Shown here in pieces: positions 34,865 to 48,430 of a DNA stretch of 64,000 bases. Source of the stretch: Gemmataceae bacterium (lineage in GTDB: Bacteria > Planctomycetota > Planctomycetia > Gemmatales > Gemmataceae). The stretch covers positions 53,086 through 117,085 of the forward strand of contig PLDW01000516.1 of assembly GCA_003136315.1 (NCBI GenBank), in the 5' to 3' direction. A program made the translations under genes and the position numbers. The notes beneath the pieces are model-generated. The model saw only the letters and a list, made by a program, of their open reading frames with translations. It did no database searches and was not told the DNA's origin. Position 1 is the stretch's first letter, and each line of letters begins with the position of its first letter.

Positions 34865-36796
34865 TCAGGCTGTCTTCCTGGCTTTTTTGGCCTTGGCAGG
34901 TTTCGGTGAGGTGGAGATGTCAAACGACATGCCCTTGGGAAGCCACGTTTTCAGTTTCCCAATCTGTTCCGGGGTGTGACCGTCAGGATTGGAAAAGACC
35001 CGGTCGAGCTGAACCACCAGCACCGATTTCTTCTCAGTGCTGTTCGCTTGAGACCACCGTTCCCCAAGAACCTCGCCGTAGATCAAAAGCAACTGGTCAC
35101 GGGTGATGCGACTCAGGAAATTGTCCTTGGTCGGACGCCAGTAACCGGCCACGCTCGCTTCGGTCAGGGACAAGGCGGCGTCATACGCGGTGGCTTGGTC
35201 GCCTTCGACGGGACCGAGCTTGGGTTGCAGCGTCAACGCCACGCAATAGGCCAGCAGATCGAGTCTGGCCGCCTCCGGCAGTGAACGGAACGCCTCGAAC
35301 CGCTTGGCTTCGGTTGCAGCCTTGAACCAGTCGGTCGGCAGTGCCTTCTCGATTTCCACCAGCTCGTGATCGGCGACGGAGGCTTCACGCTGCTTGCCCG
35401 GTTTCGGGAGTTTGAACTCCACGTCCGGCCCGTCAGCAACCCGGCGCTTCCCGAGCAACACGCTCGCTGCCTTGAACGTCAGCACGTCCAGAGCGATGGC
35501 GGGATGCCTGGCGATTTCGACCTTGGCCACTTGCAAGCGTTCAGCGGCAAGGTCTCGCCTCAGCGATTCCGTCATGGCAGGTTTGGCCTTGGGCTTGCCC
35601 GCAATGCCGTCACCACCCTCCGTCCCGAGCAACTTGGCCAGGAGTTTCCTGTTCTCCGCCTTGACCAGCCCCTTGTCGAGGAAGACGGTGCCATCCTGTC
35701 CGATCGACACGTAGCATCCAGCGAGTGTCTTCTGCGTGTCGTCGAATCCGACATACCCGGCCAGTTGCCGCTCGACCTCCTCCAGCCGTTCATGGATGGC
35801 CTCTTGCTGGTTAAGTAGGTCGTCTGACTCGGTATCCTCAAGGGCTTGTTCGATAACGCTAAGTTGGTCGTCTAGCTCAGACTTGAGATCGACCAGTTCC
35901 GCCGGGACTCCGACCAGGCGTGGTTGAAGCCGCCCGCAACGGTGGACCGCGTCATAGTCTCGGTCCGGGTTGATCTCGACCCAGCCCCAGCCTTCCGCTT
36001 CCAGTTGCTTGCGGATGCTGTCGAGTTTCTGCTCGGCCAGACGTTGCAGCACCTCCGGCTTTTCGAGATACACCTCATCGCCGAACAGGTCGGCGCGGGT
36101 CGAACCGCCAGCGGTCTCGTAGGCGTTCAGCCCGACGAAACGGGCCAGCTTGTCGCTGGCTTCGACCATCTTCTCGGTGAGTGCCGCCCGGATGGCTTTG
36201 GGATCATCCTTCTGCCAGTCCTGGAGCGATTTGAACACCTTGAGTTGCCGGCGGTGGTCGTCGGTGACAGTGAAGGCCATCAGGCATTCCAAAGTCAGCC
36301 CGTCTTCGCGGTATTCCTGAAGTAAATCAGGAGCGATACGGGCCAGCTTCATCCGCTTCAGGACAAGGCTTTCCTCGACGCCAAATCGCTGTGCCACGTC
36401 GGATGCGCTTTCGCCCTGGTCGATCAGGGCGGCGAACGCCTCGAACTGGTCGGCGGGGTGCATCGCCAGCCGTACCGTGTTTTCGGCAAGGCTCATTTCC
36501 AGGGCGTGCGACTCGGTAACGACCTGGCAAGGCACCGCGAAATCTTTCGGCAGCTTGCCCTCAGCCTGGAGCGAATGGATCGCTTCCAGCCTTCGGCCAC
36601 CTGCGATCACGCGGTACGTGCCGTCGCCGGTGTCCGTGACCACGAGATTTTGCATCAGGCCATGCGCGAGCAGCGATGCCTTCAGCTCCATGATGCCGAC
36701 CTTGGCGGCGGTACGGCGGGCGTTGAGAGGGGATTTCTCCAGCCTGCTGACGGCGATAAGCTGGGGTTGGGTAGGTGTGCATTGAATGTAAGTCAT
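34865..36796 (-). CDS. parB: ParB/RepB/Spo0J-family protein of leading regions
   Basis: SPLNARR..HGLMQNL..VIAGGRRL..SLAEN..MHPADQ; GGAG RBS before ATG 36796. Confidence 0.88.
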   Translation of the reverse strand: MTYIQCTPTQPQLIAVSRLEKSPLNARRTAAKVGIMELKASLLAHGLMQNLVVTDTGDGTYRVIAGGRRLEAIHSLQAEGKLPKDFAVPCQVVTESHALEMSLAENTVRLAMHPADQFEAFAALIDQGESASDVAQRFGVEESLVLKRMKLARIAPDLLQEYREDGLTLECLMAFTVTDDHRRQLKVFKSLQDWQKDDPKAIRAALTEKMVEASDKLARFVGLNAYETAGGSTRADLFGDEVYLEKPEVLQRLAEQKLDSIRKQLEAEGWGWVEINPDRDYDAVHRCGRLQPRLVGVPAELVDLKSELDDQLSVIEQALEDTESDDLLNQQEAIHERLEEVERQLAGYVGFDDTQKTLAGCYVSIGQDGTVFLDKGLVKAENRKLLAKLLGTEGGDGIAGKPKAKPAMTESLRRDLAAERLQVAKVEIARHPAIALDVLTFKAASVLLGKRRVADGPDVEFKLPKPGKQREASVADHELVEIEKALPTDWFKAATEAKRFEAFRSLPEAARLDLLAYCVALTLQPKLGPVEGDQATAYDAALSLTEASVAGYWRPTKDNFLSRITRDQLLLIYGEVLGERWSQANSTEKKSVLVVQLDRVFSNPDGHTPEQIGKLKTWLPKGMSFDISTSPKPAKAKKARKTA

Positions 36797-36866
36797 AAGT
36801 ATCTCCATTAGTTTGGTTGGTTGAAAATGAAGCCGGTGGGCGGAATTCCACCCACCGGCACCCGGT

Positions 36867-37127
36867 TCAGGCGGCTGCCTGAGCGGATTCTTTGCGGCCT
36901 TTGGCGTCGGCCTGTTGCTGGTGCATGATCCAGGTGTGAGCCAGGTCGAGCAGCTTGCCCATCGTGAGCAGGTCGTCGAAGCCAAGGCTGTCGGTTTCCC
37001 TCCAGCCCTCGTCGGCCTTGTAGCCGCGGCTGGGATTGACGCTGTACCAGTTGCCCTTCTCGCCGTGGTTTCTCCAGATGGTGACTTGCAGGGTTCCGAT
37101 GCGGATTTTGTGTGCTGGTTGTGACAT
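36867..37127 (-). CDS. small beta-rich protein (PC4/ssDNA-binding-like)
   Basis: IRIGTLQVTIWRN...YSV..SRGY....WRET; AAGGAG RBS; first gene of the leading operon. Confidence 0.7.
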   Translation of the reverse strand: MSQPAHKIRIGTLQVTIWRNHGEKGNWYSVNPSRGYKADEGWRETDSLGFDDLLTMGKLLDLAHTWIMHQQQADAKGRKESAQAAA

Positions 37128-37187
37128 GGTGGTCTCCTTTTCGTTAGTTACCGGCTGCGACCATCGCGGCCTGATGGCACAGCAAAC

Positions 37188-37290
37188 AAAGCCGCCTCAG
37201 TCCGGGGCGAAGCGAACCGGTCAAGCGGAAAATTGGGGGAGACCTCCAGGGGGAACCGATTTTCCGCTTGACCGGCCTGGCGGCGGCTTT
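37188..37290. promoter_or_regulatory. nested stem-loop upstream of the leading operon (candidate ssDNA promoter)
   Basis: 17-bp perfect IR 37217-37233 / 37259-37275 inside a 9-bp IR 37188-37196 / 37282-37290; TTGACC in the stem. Confidence 0.55.
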
Positions 37291-37750
37291 ATGCGTGACA
37301 TCAAGAAGGCCGTGTGGCGTAGCCGTCACGGGAGGAGGGAGACCACACCGCCACCGGCAGGCAAAGCTGAGGAATCCGCGTCACGAATGGGAGAATTGAG
37401 GCGGTGCTGCGACGGGATCAAGGGAGTGCTAGATAAGGCTGTGAGTGGGAGAGGGCGGAAAGGCGCTGCTCGGCAATTTTGAGAAGCTGGCAAGCGGTCG
37501 CGTACTGGATCATCAATACCTTGAAGCAATAGGAGAATTGCCAGGGGAGGCCGGAATATGATCTACAGGGTATTCAGAAATGCAAAAAGCGCGGAAACTG
37601 GCTGCCAGTGCCTTTGTCCGAGACAAGTTATAAATAATATGATATATTATTAATATATAAAATACGACCGCGTTTAGGCTATAGCTCGTAGGAAAGGGCA
37701 AACATCGGCGTTGCTTGCAATTAAGTCGCCGGAGTTGAAAGGACTTTAAT

Positions 37751-37942
37751 ATGTACGATATTCCAGAGACAGGATTTTTACGTTTAACTCAAGTATTAAG
37801 CATTATACCTCTAGGTAAGACCTGTTGGTGGGAGGGAGTGAGAGCAGGACGTTTTCCAAAGCCGGTTAAGTTGTCGGCCCGTTGCACTGCTTGGCGGGCC
37901 GAGGACATTCAGAAGTTAATAAAAGATTTGTCTAATCAATAA
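37751..37942 (+). CDS. alpA: AlpA-family regulator / recombination directionality factor
   Basis: FLRLTQVL..IPLGKTCWWEGVRAGRFPKPVKLSARCTAWRAEDI. Confidence 0.92.
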   Translation: MYDIPETGFLRLTQVLSIIPLGKTCWWEGVRAGRFPKPVKLSARCTAWRAEDIQKLIKDLSNQ

Positions 37943-38012
37943 TATAAGATTTAATATCAATAATTGTATACGAATGATTGTTAATCGGAATATACTGCAT
38001 GATGCAGTTCTA

Positions 38013-38273
38013 GGGGTATAAAACTGGGGTATGCGCTAGTATCAATGATAGAAATATATAAATAATTCAATATGTTATTAATACAATGTGATTACCGCCC
38101 AGATCACCATTCTTTCGGACGCCTTCATTCGTCAGCATCCGCAATACCTAGACTGAGAGCCATTCCAAAAAGAATCACCAACCGAAGCTGTCCGTAGAGA
38201 CTTGTTGACATCCGTCCAAAAAGTGGGGTATATTTGAACATATGTACCCCAGTTGATAAAAAGTAGATACCCC
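38013..38273. promoter_or_regulatory. P4-type integrase arm sites flanking a tRNA-3'-like core (attP-like)
   Basis: ggggtataaaactggggtat 38013-38032; tggggtata 38224-38232; inverted tacccc 38245-38250 and atacccc 38267-38273; ccgcccagatcacca 38095-38109 between them. Confidence 0.55.
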
Positions 38274-39461
38274 ATGCCCAAATCGCTTTCGGATGCAATG
38301 GCTCGCAACGCCAAGCCAAAAACGAAATCCTATAAAATGGCTGATGGTGAGGGCTTGTTTCTATTTATCATGCCGTCTGGTAGCAAATACTGGCGGATGA
38401 GATACTTTTTTGGTGGCAAGGAAAAACTGCTGGCATTGGGAGTATACCCTGAAGTCACCCTGGCAGATGCCCGCGATCGCCGTTCACAGGCACGCAAAAT
38501 TCTTGCCGCAGGAAACGATCCTGGCGAGGTCAAAAAAGAAGCCAAGCGGTTGGCTACCTTCAATAACGTCAATACCTTCGAGGTCGTCGCCCGCGAATGG
38601 TATGAAAAGCGCAAACACGAGTGGGCTGCAAGCTCCGCCGACACCATGCACGGCCGTCTCGAAAGACATATCCTTCCGACACTTGGGGCAAGACCCGTTG
38701 CCGACATTAAAGCGCCAGAAGTTCTTGAAATGCTACGCAAAGTTGAAGGCAATGGTACTCTGGACACTGCACGGCGTGTGATGCAAATGTGCGGGCAAAT
38801 CTTCATGTATGCAATCGCAACCGGACGGGCCGAACGAAATCCCGTGCCTGATTTACGTGGCGCTCTCAAAACGCCGGTCACGAAACATCAATCCAGCCTG
38901 AATGCAAGTGAACTCCCTCTCTACTTAAAACACCTTGAGACTTATGACGGCAGCTTGCAAACCAAGCTGGCCCTTCGCTTCCTGCTGCTTACCTTTGTCC
39001 GCACGATTGAATTGCGAGGGGCACTATGGGACGAGATTGATTGGGAGACAGCCGATTGGCGAATTCCTCCTGAACGAATGAAAATGAAAGAGCTGCATAT
39101 CGTCCCCTTATCGACCCAGGCCGTCGCCGTTCTTCGGGAATTGGAAAAGCTCACCGGCGGCAGCCGTTACATCTTCCCAAACCAGCACAATCCCACAAAA
39201 TTCATGAGTGAGAACACAATGCTCTTTGCTCTGTATCGGATGGGTTATCATTCGCGTGCCACAGGGCATGGTTTTCGCAGCACTGCCAGCACTATTCTGA
39301 ACGAGCATGAATTTCGTCCGGATGTGATTGAACGTCAACTTGCCCACAGTGAACGAAATCGTGTTCGAGCTGCTTATAACTATGCTCAATACTTGCCGGA
39401 GCGCAGGAAAATGATGCAATGGTGGGCCGACTATCTTGACGAGCTGGCGGCAAAGAAGTAG
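38274..39461 (+). CDS. int: P4-like tyrosine integrase
   Basis: Arm domain ADGEGLFL...GSKYWR.RY..GKEKLLALGVYP; catalytic R (FVRTIE), K (RMKMK), HGFR, QLAH, AAYN. Confidence 0.95.
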   Translation: MPKSLSDAMARNAKPKTKSYKMADGEGLFLFIMPSGSKYWRMRYFFGGKEKLLALGVYPEVTLADARDRRSQARKILAAGNDPGEVKKEAKRLATFNNVNTFEVVAREWYEKRKHEWAASSADTMHGRLERHILPTLGARPVADIKAPEVLEMLRKVEGNGTLDTARRVMQMCGQIFMYAIATGRAERNPVPDLRGALKTPVTKHQSSLNASELPLYLKHLETYDGSLQTKLALRFLLLTFVRTIELRGALWDEIDWETADWRIPPERMKMKELHIVPLSTQAVAVLRELEKLTGGSRYIFPNQHNPTKFMSENTMLFALYRMGYHSRATGHGFRSTASTILNEHEFRPDVIERQLAHSERNRVRAAYNYAQYLPERRKMMQWWADYLDELAAKK

Positions 39462-40030
39462 CCGCCGTGCTTCAGACCTTCTGTCCTGGGTTCTTCTGCC
39501 CACAAGGAGCCAGGCTAGCTTATTGCAGATCTCCCGTGCGAACGAAGAAGTTTTATAGCATGTCAGATTTAGGTTCTGGCATGGTCTACGATAACGCATT
39601 GAATATAAACGATAATCTATCAGTTATTATATCACTGTGTAAGAAACTGTGTCCGAATTGAAAGTATTTGTGAAATTCTTAGTGGCTAGATTACTCAGAA
39701 GCCACAACCTGTAGGGGTGAGTGGTTTGTGTTACCGCACCGGGTAGGGTGAAGCCAAGGCTGAGGCTGGAATTGGTGCGGAGACGAGTGGAGCAGGAGAA
39801 GCCAACGGTGGAGGAGGCTCTGCAGGAACAGCCCGGTTGACGGATGCCCTCGTGGAGACGGGGAAAGTAGAAGAGGATGCGCCGCCGCCGAATTCGTTTC
39901 GGCATCGGGTACACCAGGGCGGGCAGATGACACTGTTTTAATGAAGTTGCGTGGGACGATTGCTTTCGCAGGAGGTGGGATTTGCGGCGTTGGCTGCTTC
40001 GAGGATGAGGACAGGTAAATTTGCAGTGGG

Positions 40031-40303
40031 TTATGGCACCGTTTCTGTTGCTTTCCGTTTGCGCCAATATTCCAGCATTTTCTCGCTTTTACGTTTACGT
40101 GATTCTTCGCTGTAATTGCGAACGGCTTTTGGCGTAATATCTTTCAGTCGTTTGCCACTCACGTAACGCAATAATCGGCAGTCAAGTCGTGGTTCGTCAC
40201 CCCACATCTCCCGATGCAGCAGGTCAGCCTGCTCGCGGGTACTCCCGCCCATTTCCACAAAGTCCTGGTAGATGTTTACCCAGTAGTCAAACGGCTCGCC
40301 CAT
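40031..40303 (-). CDS. hypothetical basic protein
   Basis: 90-aa ORF with GAGGAGG RBS, downstream of an HTH gene. Confidence 0.6.
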   Translation of the reverse strand: MGEPFDYWVNIYQDFVEMGGSTREQADLLHREMWGDEPRLDCRLLRYVSGKRLKDITPKAVRNYSEESRKRKSEKMLEYWRKRKATETVP

Positions 40304-40318
40304 TTCCTTTCCCTCCTC

Positions 40319-40570
40319 TTATGCCACACTCGCGGTATGCCTGCCGGAAAGTGGACCCTCGACCTTGATGAATCGCTTGAAGTCGATGCCGCCCCGGTAA
40401 ACCAGCAGCAGGCTGTCCATATCCGGGTTGTTGCCATTCAGGACGAGGGAGATTGTCGACGGTGACACGTCGGCTTTCTCCCCGACCCGCTTCCAGTTCA
40501 GTTTCTTAGATGACCGCACCGCATCATTCGCTAGCGATAATGCATCGTTAGTAAAATTGATTTGTTTCAT
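40319..40570 (-). CDS. XRE-like HTH protein
   Basis: WKRVGEKADVSPSTISLVLNG. Confidence 0.7.
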   Translation of the reverse strand: MKQINFTNDALSLANDAVRSSKKLNWKRVGEKADVSPSTISLVLNGNNPDMDSLLLVYRGGIDFKRFIKVEGPLSGRHTASVA

Positions 40571-40694
40571 AGCATTTTATTTTCATATATTCCATTGTAT
40601 GTAAAGATATTTTACGTTTTTTCTGAGACTCGTCTAGACGCATCTCCTGGCCACGGTTAATCATGCAAAACAGGTGAGCATGTGCCGTCTGGGA

Positions 40695-40747
40695 AAGGGA
40701 AGGGGCGCAAGGGGAACCGTTGGTTCCCCTTGCAGAGAATAGTGTCC
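40695..40747 (+). repeat. oriT-like 53-bp repeat, copy 1
   Basis: 46/53 identical to 48112-48164; contains hairpin gcaaggggaac-N5-gttccccttgc. Confidence 0.7.
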
Positions 40748-41108
40748 AAACTCCTCCATCCCCGGACAGCAAAACAGGTCCGGGGAGTGCGATCAACGAT
40801 GCCAGAGGGCCACGTGACCGTTGGCGGCCTCTGGGTCGATTTATCCCCGGCAAAACGTGACCGACCTAGGCAACCAGACCCGAATGAAGAACCAGGCAAA
40901 CGCTCGGGACAGGTGTATTCGGGACGGTGAAGGAGTCTCGCAGAAGGGAGGGAGCACGCATGAGCCGCTTGGCAGACCGTGACAGAGCGGAGTGTGGTGA
41001 TTTCATCCGGAAGCGTGACCCGCCACTCCAGGAGTAGACCCCGTTACGAGCAATGGATGGCAGGAAGGGTAGCAAAGACGGCCCAAGAGTTGTTGATTCG
41101 TAATCTGA

Positions 41109-41456
41109 TTATGTGAGCCGAGCCAACAGCGGGTTCACTATCAACAGCGTCTCCCGGTCGGCATTCTCCAGCAACTGCCTGGCGCGGTCCCGCAGCGCCG
41201 ATAATGTGTCCGGTGGCTCCGTGGGCGGGAGCAGTTCCGTCACCGTCATCCGAAGCGATCGCGCCAATCGATCCAGCAGATCAAGTCCCGGAGACGCGTT
41301 GCCGCTTTCCAATTTGCTCAGGTGAGACAGGGCGACCTGGGCCTGCCGGGCCAGTTCTGCCTGCGTCATGTCGCGGGCCAGCCTGAGTTCGCGCAGTCGA
41401 ACGGCAAACCGCTGCACGATGTCGGCGTGCTGTATTCTGGTTTTCCGCTTGGCCAT
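41109..41456 (-). CDS. XRE-family HTH regulator
   Basis: RFAVRLRELRLARDMTQAELARQAQVALSHLSKLESG..PGLDLLDRLA. Confidence 0.88.
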   Translation of the reverse strand: MAKRKTRIQHADIVQRFAVRLRELRLARDMTQAELARQAQVALSHLSKLESGNASPGLDLLDRLARSLRMTVTELLPPTEPPDTLSALRDRARQLLENADRETLLIVNPLLARLT

Positions 41457-41999
41457 GCGCTCCCCCATCTTCTTATCGCCAAGAATGGCGAGGGAACGGC
41501 ATACGTAAAACAGGTGATTGACAACCGTTTTTGAGGTTGTAGGATGAGGTATCAGGTGCTCGGTGGCTGGCCGTTTCGCCGCCAGGAGGGATGAACCCAA
41601 GGCTCGACCATCGACCGAATCGATGCCAGTGCGGATGACGGCCGTTACCGCAACCAATCACTCCGGAGCAGCCCGTCCGCACAGGCAAGAAGGGCAGGAA
41701 GCCTGGCAGTGGGCCGCGGGAGCTAATCAGGAAGAATAACCGTTAATGTCCGCAGAACGATCAACCCCTGGGCACGGGCGAGTCCCCGTCACTCACTCTA
41801 GGTAGCGTCTATTGCGTTCGATCGTAAAGGTGGAGGACCAAGCATGCAACCGTGTATGGCAGGATCACGAGACACGCAACAGCCTCTGGGGAGGAAGAAC
41901 GGCCCGTCAGGCGGGCCTGCTGCTGCGTCCCCAAAGCGTGATCACTCTCCCAGAAACGGCGCAATCCCGCGCGTGATTCCAGGCCCGATCTCGCTTGCC

Positions 42000-42233
42000 T
42001 CAGTCCTTGCCCAACAACTCGAAGCGGAGCAGTTCGGCTGGAGCGACTCCGAGCCCCTCGGCAATCAAGCAAATGTTGTCCAAACTCACGTTGCGCTTTC
42101 CTCGCTCCACGCTCCCGAAATAGCTGCGATCCAGCTTGATTGCATGCGCGAACGCCTCCTGCGAGATGCCTTTTGCCGTCCGAAGCTGGCGAACACGCCG
42201 GCCAAACAGCACTTTTGGGTCATCGGATGCCAT
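42000..42233 (-). CDS. XRE-family HTH regulator (C-protein-like)
   Basis: FGRRVRQLRTAKGISQEAFA..LDRSYFGSVERGKRNVSLDNI. Confidence 0.9.
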   Translation of the reverse strand: MASDDPKVLFGRRVRQLRTAKGISQEAFAHAIKLDRSYFGSVERGKRNVSLDNICLIAEGLGVAPAELLRFELLGKD

Positions 42234-42415
42234 CCTCTGACTGTGACGCCTTGCTGGCTTTTCATCCACGGGCTATAAAGCCACGGACTTTAAGCACCAG
42301 GCGGAGTCGTTCCCGACATCGAGCAGGCCGTGCACGCGGCATCGTCACCGGCCTCCGCCGCAGTGACGTTTAACGCCCGAATGCTTGAAGGCTCCCGGAT
42401 GCGTTGGAGTCAGCC

Positions 42416-42679
42416 ATGACCGAGCGCGAGTTAATTACCGCCGCACTGAATCTGCAAGGCAGCGCACGCCTCGCCTACCTTGAACACGCCTGCGGTAGCG
42501 ATCGTGCCCTGCGTGTACGGGTTGATCGCATGCTGAGCGAACAGGACCGGCCAGACGGCGTTCCAGACGCTACTGCGTCAATGACGGCTGAGGCCATGCC
42601 TGGGCAGCCGAGCGCAGACGATCCCGATGCGACCGGTGGCCACGATTGTCGGACAAAGACCAATCCTGTTTCTGCGTAA
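42416..42679 (+). pseudogene. stand-alone copy of the Ser/Thr kinase N-terminal domain (remnant or small protein)
   Basis: MTERELITAALNLQGSARLAYLEHACGSDRALRVRVDRML aligns with the start of 43453 (MTERELFVAALHLRDAARNAFLEQACSDDHTLRDQVESLL). Confidence 0.65.
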
Positions 42680-42813
42680 CACCTTGCTCTGGCTATCCTT
42701 ACAGACAAGAATATGATAACTTGGAGACTGGACATTCAGGGGTACAGGCTCATTTTGCGGGGGCTTCAGCTTGCCCGGTTGCTTGAGCCGCCCGCTACGG
42801 TACATTCAAACTC

Positions 42814-43365
42814 ATGGCCGAAGTAACGCAGATCTTGAACGCCATCGAGGGGGGCGATCCCCGAGCCGCAGCTCAGTTGTTCCCACTCGTCTACGACGAA
42901 CTCCGGGGCCTCGCTGCGGCCCAGATGGCGGGTGAGAAGCCGGGCCAGACGCTGGACGCCACCGCGCTGGTGCATGAAGCTTACTTACGGCTGATCGGCG
43001 ACCAGCAGTTCGAGAACCGTCGGCATTTCTTCGCGGCGGCTGGCGAAGCCATGCGGCGTATTCTCGTGGAAGCGGCCCGTCGCCGAAATGCCGTCAAGCG
43101 TGGCAACGGACTGGCTGGTCGAGAGACGCTCGACGACATCGTAATCGCAGCTCAGGGCTCGGACGACCAACTGCTGAGCGTTCACGACACGTTGGATGAC
43201 CTTGCCTGTATCGACCCCGAGGCTGCGACGCTCGTCAAGCTCCGGTTCTTCAGTGGGATGACCATGAACGAGGTGGCCGCCGCATTGGGCATGTCCGTCC
43301 GCTCCGCACACGACCTGTGGGCCTACGCCCGCTCGTGGCTGCGCCGGGCACTACGGCCCGACTGA
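42814..43365 (+). CDS. planctomycete-type ECF sigma factor
   Basis: VTQILNAIEGGD..LFPLVYDELR..QTLDATALVHEAYLRL..FFAAAGEAMRRILV..LVKLRFFSGMT. Confidence 0.92.
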   Translation: MAEVTQILNAIEGGDPRAAAQLFPLVYDELRGLAAAQMAGEKPGQTLDATALVHEAYLRLIGDQQFENRRHFFAAAGEAMRRILVEAARRRNAVKRGNGLAGRETLDDIVIAAQGSDDQLLSVHDTLDDLACIDPEAATLVKLRFFSGMTMNEVAAALGMSVRSAHDLWAYARSWLRRALRPD

Positions 43366-43452
43366 TTCCCGATTTTCGCAAAAATTTGCCGACTTCGCGA
43401 ACGGTTCACGCATGGGTAGTTAGACCTGACCGCACGCCCCAGGAGTCTAGCG

Positions 43453-47322
<3,870 letters not shown>

Positions 47323-47376
47323 CGATGCAATCAATCAGGATATCGGCTCATGATAATTCAATCTAAACATTGCTTT

Positions 47377-47799
47377 TTAGAGTGATTGCGGACAGTTTCC
47401 AGTTGGCGCAGTATTCATTGCCCCATCTACCCTGTTTATCGTACTTATCGCTGCGCACGTTGACTTGCAATTGGCGTCTGATGCATGTTGATACAAATTG
47501 AGAGGCGCGGAACAACTCACGCTCGGACCGCTCGTGTTGTTGATGTCATAGCATGTATAGGAACAAGTGCAGGACGAGGGAGCGGTGAATGTATATGGGG
47601 CTGTCAATGATTGTATACACGTATACGTCGTACCAGTCAAAGATACAACTCCTAGCCCTGTGGTTGCCGCAATCGTGCCGTTCGGTGAACCCGGTATATT
47701 TGGAACGCCGGCGATCAGATCATTAGCATACGCGCTGGTGGACAATCCTACGATTGTAGCAGCAATTGCAGATAGAAAAATTAGTTTTGATTGTAACAT
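47377..47799 (-). CDS. secreted Cys/Thr/Ser-rich hypothetical protein
   Basis: AGGAGA RBS; signal peptide MLQSKLIFLSAIAATIVGLSTSAYA; 8 Cys in the mature part; AT-rich DNA. Confidence 0.7.
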   Translation of the reverse strand: MLQSKLIFLSAIAATIVGLSTSAYANDLIAGVPNIPGSPNGTIAATTGLGVVSLTGTTYTCIQSLTAPYTFTAPSSCTCSYTCYDINNTSGPSVSCSAPLNLYQHASDANCKSTCAAISTINRVDGAMNTAPTGNCPQSL

Positions 47800-48111
47800 T
47801 TGATCTCTCCTATTGATAATTACAAAATTCTTAACCAATTTCAGATAGTTTAACAACTATACACACAAATAGTTTAAAATATATTAATATAAATAATTAA
47901 GAAATATTAAGTGAATATATTATCTAATCTCAATCGAATATTATCTGTAATCTATAATTATCTTGTCTATTAACGTGAAAATGCAGACACAGTGGCTTTG
48001 AGCCACTGCTAGACGTCGTCATTACCCTCAAACTCGGCCATCTCGATCCGGTCGATGGTCAGCCCAGAGTCCCCCCACCCGTTTCGACTCGGCAAAATGT
48101 CGTCTCTCGGT

Positions 48112-48164
48112 AAGGGAAGGGGCGCAGGGGGAACGGCCGCTTCCCCTTGCAGATAATAGTATCC
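48112..48164 (+). promoter_or_regulatory. putative oriT, copy 2, ~270 bp upstream of the relaxase
   Basis: Imperfect hairpin plus conserved flank, position beside the relaxase, duplicated at 40695. Confidence 0.55.
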
Positions 48165-48430
48165 TAGCCTTTCCACCGCCAGACAGCAACACGGCCTTGA
48201 GGAGGGCAATCTTGGACGAAGGCCTCCCAGGTGTCCGTTGCCCGCCCTCAAGAAATATCCTCAAAATAATCAACCGGAGAACCGGAACGCTCCAGGCAAT
48301 GATGTGGCGTTTCGGTGATATTGAACTGACATTGGCGAAGATAAAAACCTCGCAAACTGAGGGTGACAGCGGCTTAGCGCGTCATCGTTAACCTTCAGTT
48401 AACGAAGTTGTGATAGTTTAGAATTTAGGC

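Noticed and set aside
38040-38110. tRNA gene upstream of the P4-type integrase
   Set aside because: Only a ~15-nt 3'-end-like stretch is present; no cloverleaf.
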